A program made the translations under genes and the position numbers. A stretch of DNA of 64,000 nt from a virus. The stretch lies in the IMG/VR virus record IMGVR_UViG_3300042564_002302, positions 1 to 64,000 of that record, one strand, 5' to 3'. The notes below the pieces were generated by a model that saw only the letters and a list, made by a program, of their open reading frames with translations, was not told where the DNA came from and ran no database searches. Each line of letters opens with the position of its first letter. Position 1 is the stretch's first letter. This document shows positions 55,186 to 64,000 of the stretch, one piece after another.

Positions 55186-57578
55186 TGGCAGATCCAACAC
55201 AGTTTAAAACAGCAAAGATAAATAATCGCACACCTGCGACTACTGAGTCATTTCACTTTAGGTATGTTGTTACAAAAGATGACGGAACAAAGATTGAGGG
55301 TAATACAGCCTCAGTAGATATATCAACAATAGGCAACGGTGTTGCACCTGCAGCAGTAACAGGGTTAACATATACTCCAAAAGCTGGAGATATGATTTTT
55401 AAATGGAATGCAAATACTGAAGGCGACCTAGACGGATACGAAATAACAATATCTGACGGTACAGATATAACAACAAATTTTAAAACATTTAAGCTAAACG
55501 CCACAACCTACACACTTGCACGATCCGAAATCATATCAATATTTGGTATAGCTCTTCAAACTATTAGATTTTCTATAAAGGCAGTAGATACTGGTGGAAA
55601 TAAATCAGCTGCAGCAACTGTTGTAGTTCAATTAGTTGATGATACAGATGGAACTGGTTCACTTAAAACAACAAGCACCCCAGTTCTTACAGCTGGAATT
55701 GAAAGCCTCAGCGTTACTTGGGACGGAAAAGCGGTTGGCAATGTTGCATACTCTGTAAATATAGATAGAGTAGAAGCCACAGTTACACCTGGAAATAAAA
55801 CAATTATTTTTACAGGGGCAAGTACTCAAACACTAAGCGGTCTTACTGGTGGAATAACATATACAGTTTACCTAAAAGCATATGATAAATTTGGTAGAGT
55901 TTCTGCTCAATCAACCCCAGCGTCTATTGAGGTAAGAGCAGTTCCAGCAGCAGAGCCAGAAACACCAAAGGTTGTAAATGCTGCAGCACTTACTGCAACA
56001 GGTGTATTTGCTGGAATTAATCTGACATGGAACGGAACATTTGCAGACAGCTCTACAAAACTTACAGGTTTTGATGCACTAGATGTATATGCGGCTACTG
56101 CTGCAGATGCTGCAACATTTACATTTGTAGGATCATTTAACTCTACTGGGACACAAACAATATTTATACCAGTAAATGGAACAACTATTGCTTATGGTGT
56201 TACATCATATTTTAAAGTAAAAACAAGAGTAGTTGCTGGATCAACTCCTGCTACAACATACCCAGCGTCAGCATTTGGAACGGTGCTAACTGCAACTGGA
56301 ACTCCACAAAGAGCATCAGAAACAGACCTGGGACCAGGAGCTGTCACTATTGCTAAGCTCAAGGGAAATGTTTTAGTATTTGATAATATTAAAGCTGGAA
56401 CTTTAAGTGCAGCATCATTCTTTAGAGTTGGGGCAATGAATCAGCCAGATGGTTTTTCATCTTCGGGCGCAAGAATTGAAATGTCTAGCTCTACTGCAAA
56501 TATAATATCCGTAGTAAATCCATTAAATGATCAAACAGTTTCTTTTCCAGACAGGCCAATTCAGCCTGGTCTATCCGTATACCTTTCTGGACAAAGCCCA
56601 ACATTTCAAGCAGATTTAAGTGGAAACGTAAAAATAGATTTATCTCAAAGTGCTAGCTCAACATTTACAGCTGGTTCTACTGGAGCAAACAAATTTGTTG
56701 TAATGGGTAAGACTGAAATAGATGCTGTTAATACATCTGGCATATACGTGGGAAATGATTTTAGCTCAGCACCATTTAGAGTTGCATTTAATGGTAATTT
56801 AAAAGCAACCCAGGCAGATATTACTGGTGAAGTAAAAGCAACAAGTGGAAAAATTGGTGGATGGAATATTGTTGGTGACCAGATAAGATCTATGCCATCT
56901 GGAACAGATTCTATAACTACTGGCACTGTTACAAAGTACCCAATGGTTATTGATGCCGCCACACAAACAATTCAATTTAATCAAGGGCAAGCAGGGTCCT
57001 TCGTCCTTGATGTAGATTCTGTCACTGTTCCAAATACAGCTACTGGATCATACTCTGGCACTGGTGTTGAGGTTGTTGACGGTGAAGTTGTTGATGATCA
57101 GCATGCCGCCTATTCATATTTTTATGAAAGTGGATCTTCTACGTCAACAACAGCAGAAACAATTTCTATTAAAAGATATAATACTGCTGGAAATATTCAG
57201 CCAAAAATAACATTATCAACTGGTGCAAATGGATTTTTACAACTATATAATAGAAGTAATCCTACAGGAAACGTTCTTGAAACTTCATACATATTGTTAA
57301 AAGATGGTGGAGTTGTTATATCTACACAAAAAGGTTTTCAGATTAAGGGTATGTCTACTGCCGCTCACCACGGATATACAAACTCTCTATATGGTTTAAC
57401 AGGAGTAAGCGGAGAGGCTGGTGCAATGCTAGTTGCTAAATCAGACGGAACAGTATCTCGTGGTAGAGCAATATTTAAAACAACTGGTAAAGAAGTAAAT
57501 ATTACTTCAACTTCAATTTCAAACGTATGGCGTGGTGTAGGTTTGGAAGGGGACCTACTGTTTAGCACAAACAACTAG
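55185..57578 (+). CDS. tail fibre/spike with fibronectin type III domains
   Basis: APAAVTGL...WNANTEGDLDGYEI...AVDTGGNKS; ITGEVKATSGKIGGWNI. Confidence 0.75.
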   Translation: MADPTQFKTAKINNRTPATTESFHFRYVVTKDDGTKIEGNTASVDISTIGNGVAPAAVTGLTYTPKAGDMIFKWNANTEGDLDGYEITISDGTDITTNFKTFKLNATTYTLARSEIISIFGIALQTIRFSIKAVDTGGNKSAAATVVVQLVDDTDGTGSLKTTSTPVLTAGIESLSVTWDGKAVGNVAYSVNIDRVEATVTPGNKTIIFTGASTQTLSGLTGGITYTVYLKAYDKFGRVSAQSTPASIEVRAVPAAEPETPKVVNAAALTATGVFAGINLTWNGTFADSSTKLTGFDALDVYAATAADAATFTFVGSFNSTGTQTIFIPVNGTTIAYGVTSYFKVKTRVVAGSTPATTYPASAFGTVLTATGTPQRASETDLGPGAVTIAKLKGNVLVFDNIKAGTLSAASFFRVGAMNQPDGFSSSGARIEMSSSTANIISVVNPLNDQTVSFPDRPIQPGLSVYLSGQSPTFQADLSGNVKIDLSQSASSTFTAGSTGANKFVVMGKTEIDAVNTSGIYVGNDFSSAPFRVAFNGNLKATQADITGEVKATSGKIGGWNIVGDQIRSMPSGTDSITTGTVTKYPMVIDAATQTIQFNQGQAGSFVLDVDSVTVPNTATGSYSGTGVEVVDGEVVDDQHAAYSYFYESGSSTSTTAETISIKRYNTAGNIQPKITLSTGANGFLQLYNRSNPTGNVLETSYILLKDGGVVISTQKGFQIKGMSTAAHHGYTNSLYGLTGVSGEAGAMLVAKSDGTVSRGRAIFKTTGKEVNITSTSISNVWRGVGLEGDLLFSTNN

Positions 57579-57586
57579 GGTATATT

Positions 57587-60500
57587 ATGGCAGGCAAAGC
57601 ATACATAAAAAACTCAAGTACTCAATGGAAGATTATAAAAAAGGCTTATTATAAAGTAGGTCAGTCATGGGTTCCAATTCAGAAAGCATACGTAAAAGTA
57701 GGCAACCTTTGGAAGAAGGTATTTGACTCTGCATCACAGGCACCAATTGGCACACTTACAAGAATTCTTTATAAAGGGTATGCTCAAAATGGTGGAGTAT
57801 ATGTAGGGGATCTTCCAAGCTCATGGGTAACAATGGGTCCAGATACATCAACATGGGGAACTGGAACCACCTATCTTTGGGGTGAAGACGGAACTTGGGA
57901 CGCAAACGGCGGAACAATTTCATTCTACAGAAGAGGGTTTTACTACAATACCACAAATGATAGAAATACATATACTTTAATTACTGGAACTAATGCTGAG
58001 GGAAATGTTGACGCAGGCGGAGGTGGAGATAAGCTTCGTAATGCCTCTGGCTATATCTCTGACTATGATAATAAATACTTATGGTATGTTACATCTGCAA
58101 CAAATACTGCTGGAGTAACTGGTTTTTCGGCAGCTAACCCGACATTTGTTACAAAGCAGTCACCTGATTTTTCTAATAGTAACTACGACAATTTCTATTT
58201 TGACACTCCAGATTCAATACCGTCTGGCGGAACTGTTAAGTTTAACTTCTATATTGCAGATGAGTGGTACAGAAGAATAGATAAGTCTCTATCGTATATG
58301 GAATTTGCAATATTGGATAATGCAAATGACGGATTTGAGTCTGGAACAAAAATAGGCTCAAATGTACTTATGAGCTCAGTAACGACAAGCACAACTAATG
58401 ATGTTTTGTATGGGTCATATGATTTTACAGTACCAGCATCATCTACGTACCTTGGTAAATATTTAGCAGCTAGAATGTTTTTGAGAAATAGTTATACTGA
58501 GTGGTACATATATACTCCAGTAGAATCTAATACTCAAGTTAGCACTTCCCCTATCACAGCCACGCCAGTTATTGATGTTCTACCAACAATAACAAAAAAA
58601 GATTCATATCAAACACAAGGTTATAATCTTACTGGAAATGTAGGCAGATGGACTCCAGATGCTACTAGCGTTGAGTATGGATGGCAATATTCTGCAAACG
58701 GTACTACTGGCTGGACAGATGTTAGATATGCACAATATTTTCCTGGATCTGGAATGGTATACCCAGTGTTTGTTGGTTCAGCATCTTCTGAAGGGGGCGG
58801 ATATGATTATCTAATCCCAACTACATTCTATACCAACTCAACTGGAACAACCACGCCATCAGAAACAAAGTACTTGAGATTTTGGTCACAAGGCGCTGTC
58901 AATGGTGTCAAGGCCGCAAAGACATACACTGCTGCTTTAGGGCCAATATACAAAGCTCCTACTGTTCCAGGAACTCCAGATATTGCATATTATGAGCAGG
59001 GAACCGTTTCTGGAAATATAACAGCTGGTTTTGTTTGGGATGCTTCAACTTCGTTCTATAGGTATGAGATTGAAAGAAAAACTGGTGGCGGAGTATGGAA
59101 TACAATAGCAACAGGAATTACAACAAATGGTGGGTATTTTTCAAAGTATACTGTAAGCGTACCACTTGGCACAGCAACGTACAGAATTGTTGCCGTAAAT
59201 GAAGATGGTGTCAAAGCATATTCAACAGAAGTAGTATTTACTGCCTCTGGATTGCCAGGAGCATTTAATATAACATCTGCAGTTAAAGACATTCAGTATG
59301 CTGGTTTATTTCAAAACTATAGAGATGTTAAGACATACTGGGGTGCTTCAACAAATGCAGAGCTGTATGCTGTAAGATATCAAGGTACAAATACTGCTCC
59401 AGGAACTCCAGGAAGAGAGTCAACATGGACTGAAGTTCAGCCTGAATTTAATGAATGGAGCTATACAACAGATGCTCCAGCAACAGATGACACCAGAGCT
59501 AATCTTAGGTATATGAAAACTACTGGATTAACTTATTCGTACGGAACTTGGTATATTACAACCTCTGGTAATCATAAACTTAATATTGGACAGGCAGTCT
59601 ATGTACAATGGCCTTCAGCAAGCTCTAGCAATGATGGTGTTTATATATTACAAGGCGCATCTGGAACGTCTCTATCAATAACAGCAAAAAGCTACGCTCC
59701 AGTTACATATTCATCAACAGATAGACCTGAAGTATCGGTTGGTTGGTTAACAGCATCTGATTACCCATCGCTTAGCCCAACAGCATTTTATGGAGGAGAA
59801 AGACAGGCTGACGTCTACACCTACTATCGTGTAGCTGTTCGTGCAGAAAATTCCGCATCATTAGCAGAGCTTAATCCAACATATAGTAATGGTGGAACAT
59901 CTACAAATATTCAATGGTTTGAATTAACTGGAACAGCGCCGTCTGGACTATCTATATCTGAAGATTCAAAAACTTCAACGTCTGTAAATATAACAGCATC
60001 CTATACTAGCACTGGAAGCTCAGCCTTTTCAAAATATCAATGGTCTACTAATGGAACTAATTGGACTGACGACACAACGTCTCCAGTAAATGTAACTGGG
60101 TTAACAGCAGACACAACATATACTATTTATGTTAGGGCTGTAAATGCAGAAGGTTTAGCAAGTGAATATAAAACATTATCTGTTACAACAAAAGCTGGTG
60201 TCGGGGCTTTTAACCTTGGAACAGTTACAAAGGGTAAGCTTGGTGCTAGCGTAGCAAGCAAGAGAAGAATTTCAGCAACATTTACAAACCCTACTAACGC
60301 TGCATATTATGAAATGGAAGTTCAGGCAACAAACACCGAACCAGATACAATACCAAGGACATGGGCTACCCTAGTTTCATTTGCAACAGCATCTCTAATA
60401 TCAAAGCCAACTAGTGGAGATCCTACTTTAACCTATGATGCAAATAATTATAAATATTATAGGGTGGCAGTTCGTGCAACGCCAAGTCCATATGATACAA

Positions 60501-61918
60501 CACAAGCAACTTTTAATAATGGTGGAACATCTGATTCGCCTGTTTATGTTGATGCTGCTGGAACAGCACCAAATGCTGTTACAATGCCAGACACAGCTAC
60601 AGTTACAAAAAATAGCTTAAGCATTGATTATACGCTTCCAACTGGAACTAATACAGGTTCAGCTGCACTATCTACAACTGAATATAAAAATGGAAGCTCT
60701 GGAACATGGACTGCTACAACCGCAGATCCGCTAGTTATATCAAGCTTGGAAGCTGGAACAGATTATACAATTTATATGCGTACTACAAATTTAGATGGAC
60801 TGACAAGCTCAGAAGCAAGTAAGACATATACAACAACTAAGGTTCCATTAGCATTTACTGTTAACAGTATGACATTTACAGATGGAACGGCAGCTACAAT
60901 TGCTGTTAGCAAAGAAATAGCTGTTACCACATCAAATACTTCCTGGACACTTGGTACAGACACAGATACAGCATATTCAGGGGCTGATAAGTATAGAACA
61001 GAAGCGTGGTCATCTAATGCAACTACAATGACATATCCAGGAGGTTCATCTGCTTCTCCTGGGTATACATTTAGAGGAATAAATAAGTATGACTATAGCA
61101 CTTATACTGGATATGGCACATTAAATGTAAGGGTTTCTGGAACTAGCCCAGTACCAAAAACAAAAATCTCATGGAATGCATCAACAAATGCTAAAAGTTA
61201 TACATTTGATTATAAAATTGGTGCACTTACAACTACATATACGTCAGTCGCTCAAACAGACACATTTTATGAGTGGTCTTGGAATAGCTCTATTTTAGAT
61301 ATTACTTTAGTAAAAGTAACAGCATGGAGTAATAATGATGGAACTGGAGACTCTGTCGTAGGAACATTTGCAGCAGGTGCTATAAAAACTGGAAAGCCAA
61401 CTGAGACCTGGGGTACTTCTGTTACTAAAACTGCAACTATTGCTAAGCCATTTGTTTCCCCAACCGCAACAACACCAACACCATCTTTCAGCAGATTTTG
61501 GCAGACTGCTACCACAACAACAAGACAGCAGGGTCTCAACTGGTATTGGAATAATCCAACAGTTAACGATGACGGTCAAATTTTTGGCTGGGACTGGGAA
61601 GTTAGAGTTTCAGATGTTACAAATTATACTGTTGAGCCACACAGATGGGGTTGGGCCACATGGACTGGAAGAACAGGAATTCCATCTGGAACAAATAGGG
61701 GAATGCAGCCATACAATGCAACAAAAGGATATACAGCGCTTGTGTATTCTGGCTCTGGTTCAACAAACAATAACGTTACTGGATCCCCATTTCACAATAG
61801 AATTAGATCTACAAATGATCTTCCTTCATCTAACTCGCTTAGATATGGAAGAATTCGTGTAGTTCTTAAGGGCACCAATGGATCTTATTATCCACAAAGC
61901 TGGTCAGGAAATGTATAA
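57587..61918 (+). CDS. large FN3/Ig-repeat tail fibre or receptor-binding protein
   Basis: N-terminal KAYxKxxxxW triple repeat; several GL...T.Y.IYVRAVN / YYRVAVRA modules; Thr/Ser-rich. Confidence 0.75.
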   Translation: MAGKAYIKNSSTQWKIIKKAYYKVGQSWVPIQKAYVKVGNLWKKVFDSASQAPIGTLTRILYKGYAQNGGVYVGDLPSSWVTMGPDTSTWGTGTTYLWGEDGTWDANGGTISFYRRGFYYNTTNDRNTYTLITGTNAEGNVDAGGGGDKLRNASGYISDYDNKYLWYVTSATNTAGVTGFSAANPTFVTKQSPDFSNSNYDNFYFDTPDSIPSGGTVKFNFYIADEWYRRIDKSLSYMEFAILDNANDGFESGTKIGSNVLMSSVTTSTTNDVLYGSYDFTVPASSTYLGKYLAARMFLRNSYTEWYIYTPVESNTQVSTSPITATPVIDVLPTITKKDSYQTQGYNLTGNVGRWTPDATSVEYGWQYSANGTTGWTDVRYAQYFPGSGMVYPVFVGSASSEGGGYDYLIPTTFYTNSTGTTTPSETKYLRFWSQGAVNGVKAAKTYTAALGPIYKAPTVPGTPDIAYYEQGTVSGNITAGFVWDASTSFYRYEIERKTGGGVWNTIATGITTNGGYFSKYTVSVPLGTATYRIVAVNEDGVKAYSTEVVFTASGLPGAFNITSAVKDIQYAGLFQNYRDVKTYWGASTNAELYAVRYQGTNTAPGTPGRESTWTEVQPEFNEWSYTTDAPATDDTRANLRYMKTTGLTYSYGTWYITTSGNHKLNIGQAVYVQWPSASSSNDGVYILQGASGTSLSITAKSYAPVTYSSTDRPEVSVGWLTASDYPSLSPTAFYGGERQADVYTYYRVAVRAENSASLAELNPTYSNGGTSTNIQWFELTGTAPSGLSISEDSKTSTSVNITASYTSTGSSAFSKYQWSTNGTNWTDDTTSPVNVTGLTADTTYTIYVRAVNAEGLASEYKTLSVTTKAGVGAFNLGTVTKGKLGASVASKRRISATFTNPTNAAYYEMEVQATNTEPDTIPRTWATLVSFATASLISKPTSGDPTLTYDANNYKYYRVAVRATPSPYDTTQATFNNGGTSDSPVYVDAAGTAPNAVTMPDTATVTKNSLSIDYTLPTGTNTGSAALSTTEYKNGSSGTWTATTADPLVISSLEAGTDYTIYMRTTNLDGLTSSEASKTYTTTKVPLAFTVNSMTFTDGTAATIAVSKEIAVTTSNTSWTLGTDTDTAYSGADKYRTEAWSSNATTMTYPGGSSASPGYTFRGINKYDYSTYTGYGTLNVRVSGTSPVPKTKISWNASTNAKSYTFDYKIGALTTTYTSVAQTDTFYEWSWNSSILDITLVKVTAWSNNDGTGDSVVGTFAAGAIKTGKPTETWGTSVTKTATIAKPFVSPTATTPTPSFSRFWQTATTTTRQQGLNWYWNNPTVNDDGQIFGWDWEVRVSDVTNYTVEPHRWGWATWTGRTGIPSGTNRGMQPYNATKGYTALVYSGSGSTNNNVTGSPFHNRIRSTNDLPSSNSLRYGRIRVVLKGTNGSYYPQSWSGNV

Positions 61919-61950
61919 TATGATACAATTCTATAAGAATGGAGATATAA

Positions 61951-62175
61951 ATGAGTAATGAATTAAGTAATCAGGATAAGCAGTACATAATTAATCAAAA
62001 GATCAGGTTCCTTAGAGAGCAGATATATAATGCTGATGTTGATATTCAGCTTGCACAAGCTCAGGAAATTCCAGATACAGAGCAGGTTGAGCTCTATACT
62101 CAGTATAAAGTTGACTGGAACGCAAAAATTGTTGTTCTTGAGGCAATCCTTCAAGAATTGCTAAATGCTCAATAA
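61951..62175 (+). CDS. small coiled-coil protein (paralog-like to 62202)
   Basis: LSNQDK..II.Q.I..L versus LTNEEK..II.Q.I..L. Confidence 0.65.
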   Translation: MSNELSNQDKQYIINQKIRFLREQIYNADVDIQLAQAQEIPDTEQVELYTQYKVDWNAKIVVLEAILQELLNAQ

Positions 62176-62201
62176 AATGGTAGAATATACGTGGAGGCAA
62201 A

Positions 62202-62426
62202 ATGACTACATCACTTACAAATGAAGAAAAGGCTGGCATAATTGACCAGCATATTAGAAGCCTGGACTATGCTATCTATGGCCTTGAGCTAGATAAGATT
62301 GAGGCACAAGCCGCCTCTCCAGTAGATGCTACTGCTGTTACTAACGCTACAGCAAGAATTACATCTCTAACTGCCAAGAGAACAGCTCTTGTGGCAGAAA
62401 AAGACTCATTGTCTTTAGAAGAATAA
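62202..62426 (+). CDS. small coiled-coil protein
   Basis: SD GGAGG; TGgTAGAAT upstream. Confidence 0.7.
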   Translation: MTTSLTNEEKAGIIDQHIRSLDYAIYGLELDKIEAQAASPVDATAVTNATARITSLTAKRTALVAEKDSLSLEE

Positions 62427-62441
62427 TAGAAAAGAGATAAA

Positions 62442-62630
62442 ATGGAAAAAGCGGAACTAATCATTGCCGCTCTACAACAGCGCATGGGAGATCTTGTTTC
62501 TAATTATGAGACTCAGATTGCTATGCTAAGAGCAGAAATTACTTACATGATGAATGAACAATCTCAAAAAGAAAAGGACACTGCAGACTATAATGCTGAA
62601 TTACTTCAAAAGGTCGAAGAGCTCTCCTAA
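62442..62630 (+). CDS. small coiled-coil protein
   Basis: ORF track. Confidence 0.65.
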   Translation: MEKAELIIAALQQRMGDLVSNYETQIAMLRAEITYMMNEQSQKEKDTADYNAELLQKVEELS

Positions 62631-63015
62631 CCTTGATGAGGTTAAATCCCTTACTGGAAAAGCTTATATGATATCTGGCATGTTCTATAGAACAGAGTCT
62701 GGAAACTTTTATATCAAGTCTAATAAAAGGTATAAGGTTTACTCAGAAAGATGCCTGCAGTCTTGGGCAACACCAGTAATCAACTCTAAGTTTGCCAATA
62801 TATCACATATACCTTACGCAGGAGTTCTTGGTTTTAGAGATGGAACCATTATTCATAACCTAGCAGATGGTAAAATATATATAGTGTCTGACAATCAAAA
62901 GAGGCAAATAAAGACTCCAGACGCCTTCCCAGAAGGCTGGATTGAGCAGTACAAGATATTGGTTAGCGAAAGTGAAGCCAATCTACACAAGGATGGTGCA
63001 GATATAAATGCCTGA
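62593..63015 (+). CDS. hypothetical protein
   Basis: start reassigned to ATG 62593 behind AAGGA; LGFRDGT....DGKIY. Confidence 0.6.
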   Translation: MLNYFKRSKSSPNLDEVKSLTGKAYMISGMFYRTESGNFYIKSNKRYKVYSERCLQSWATPVINSKFANISHIPYAGVLGFRDGTIIHNLADGKIYIVSDNQKRQIKTPDAFPEGWIEQYKILVSESEANLHKDGADINA

Positions 63016-63460
63016 TATTGTAGTTCCTACATTTAGTGCTAATGATCCATTAGATTATGGTAAGCTAACTCAGCTAGCAACAGCCATAACATTGGTAAAT
63101 GCTGCTATTCCAAAGCCTGAAGTAAAAACAGATCCAACAACTGGAACTGAAGTTGCTGTAAAAACTCTTACAAAGACAAGCCCTTCTCCAATAAAGGTAC
63201 CCTTTGATAAGCTTAATGTAAGATATGAAGGGGATATCATCGACCTTGGTGTAACATTTAAATCAACACCCAAGATCTTTTTGACAGTCACATATCCAGC
63301 AACAACTACTACAAATAGAATTGTTGTAGCAAACGTAAAGTCTGCTACACCATCTTCGTTTAAGCCTGAGTATTTTGTATTCCAATGGGGAGCAAAATCA
63401 TCTCAGTCTGGAACAGGAAGCTTTACAATTGATTGGTTAGCAATAGGAGAAATAGCTTAA
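63008..63460 (+). CDS. fibre-tip-like protein (H-type lectin/gp53-like C-term)
   Basis: F..TP.IF.T...WLAIG. Confidence 0.55.
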   Translation: MPDIVVPTFSANDPLDYGKLTQLATAITLVNAAIPKPEVKTDPTTGTEVAVKTLTKTSPSPIKVPFDKLNVRYEGDIIDLGVTFKSTPKIFLTVTYPATTTTNRIVVANVKSATPSSFKPEYFVFQWGAKSSQSGTGSFTIDWLAIGEIA

Positions 63461-63463
63461 CTA

Positions 63464-63742
63464 ATGAAGAGTGGTTACCAGCCATTAAAAAGCTGGCACC
63501 AACGAAATAGAAGTATAAGTCAGAATGGTTACGTTCTGATATGGGTGCCAGAACATCCCAAAGCCTTTGCAGGAGGCTGGTATTACGAACACGTTTTAGT
63601 GATAGAGAAAGAGATAGATAGATTGATTAATCATTTTGAGTCAATTCATCATATAGATGAGAACAAACAAAACAATCAATCATATAATTTATTTTTGTGC
63701 AGTAGGTATCAGCACGACAAAGCGCATAAAAGATGTGCTTGA
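63464..63742 (+). CDS. HNH homing endonuclease-like protein
   Basis: GY...P.HP.A...YEH.LV.E...E.IHHIDENKQNN...NL....H. Confidence 0.85.
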   Translation: MKSGYQPLKSWHQRNRSISQNGYVLIWVPEHPKAFAGGWYYEHVLVIEKEIDRLINHFESIHHIDENKQNNQSYNLFLCSRYQHDKAHKRCA

Positions 63743-63767
63743 CAATAATAAGACAATAACATAGAAT
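63739..63767 (+). promoter_or_regulatory. SigA promoter TTGACA-N17-TAGAAT
   Basis: consensus match upstream of 63816. Confidence 0.75.
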
Positions 63768-63815
63768 ATAAGAAAGGCGACGAAGAGTCGTCTTTTCGTC
63801 GTAGTTAGGAATACA

Positions 63816-64000
63816 ATGACAGAAGCAAAGAACGACCTTAAATGGATGATGGTTAGTGACGTTCACTTTCCAAGACATGATCCTAGAAAGGTCGAGTTGT
63901 TCTTAAAGGTTATGAAGTGGTTTAAGCCACATGCAGTTGACCTATTAGGAGACATCGACGATGCTGACTCTACAAGTAGATGGTCAGCTGAACATCCACT
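63816..64000 (+). CDS. calcineurin-like metallophosphoesterase (partial, runs off the window)
   Basis: read by eye: MTEAKNDLKWMMVSDVHFP...LLGDIDD (DxH and GDxxD motifs). Confidence 0.8.
   Translation, partial: MTEAKNDLKWMMVSDVHFPRHDPRKVELFLKVMKWFKPHAVDLLGDIDDADSTSRWSAEHP

Noticed and set aside
1-64000. Stop-codon reassignment
   Set aside because: Genes are intact under the standard code, end in TAA, TAG and TGA, and pack tightly.

Overview
64 kb segment of a large tailed dsDNA phage. It looks siphovirus-like: HK97-type portal, protease and capsid, tail tube, frameshifted tail chaperones and a long tape measure, with no sheath gene in the window. The host is inferred to be actinobacterial, from promoter motifs, PASTA domains and leaderless promoters. 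Layout: (1) 1-5050, a leftward-transcribed array of about 19 microprotein genes. Most modules have their own promoter; seven promoters share TGTCAG-N10-TAnAnT, matching the actinobacterial RecA-independent/PafBC DNA-damage promoter, and CRP-type palindromes sit at helically phased distances upstream. (2) 5100-10700, tRNA-Ile(UAU), small membrane peptides, ThyX, a lytic transglycosylase-like protein, a GT4 glycosyltransferase and a class II ribonucleotide reductase. (3) 10700-35450, about 25 kb of fibre/decoration genes with paralogous modules, including a 4xPASTA / Pro-rich / atypical Hint protein followed by a GNAT-like gene and four 2OG-Fe(II) oxygenase-like genes. (4) 35500-63460, head, neck, tail and tail-tip genes. 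(5) An HNH endonuclease and the start of a metallophosphoesterase. All product calls come from motif recognition by eye; no database searches were run.
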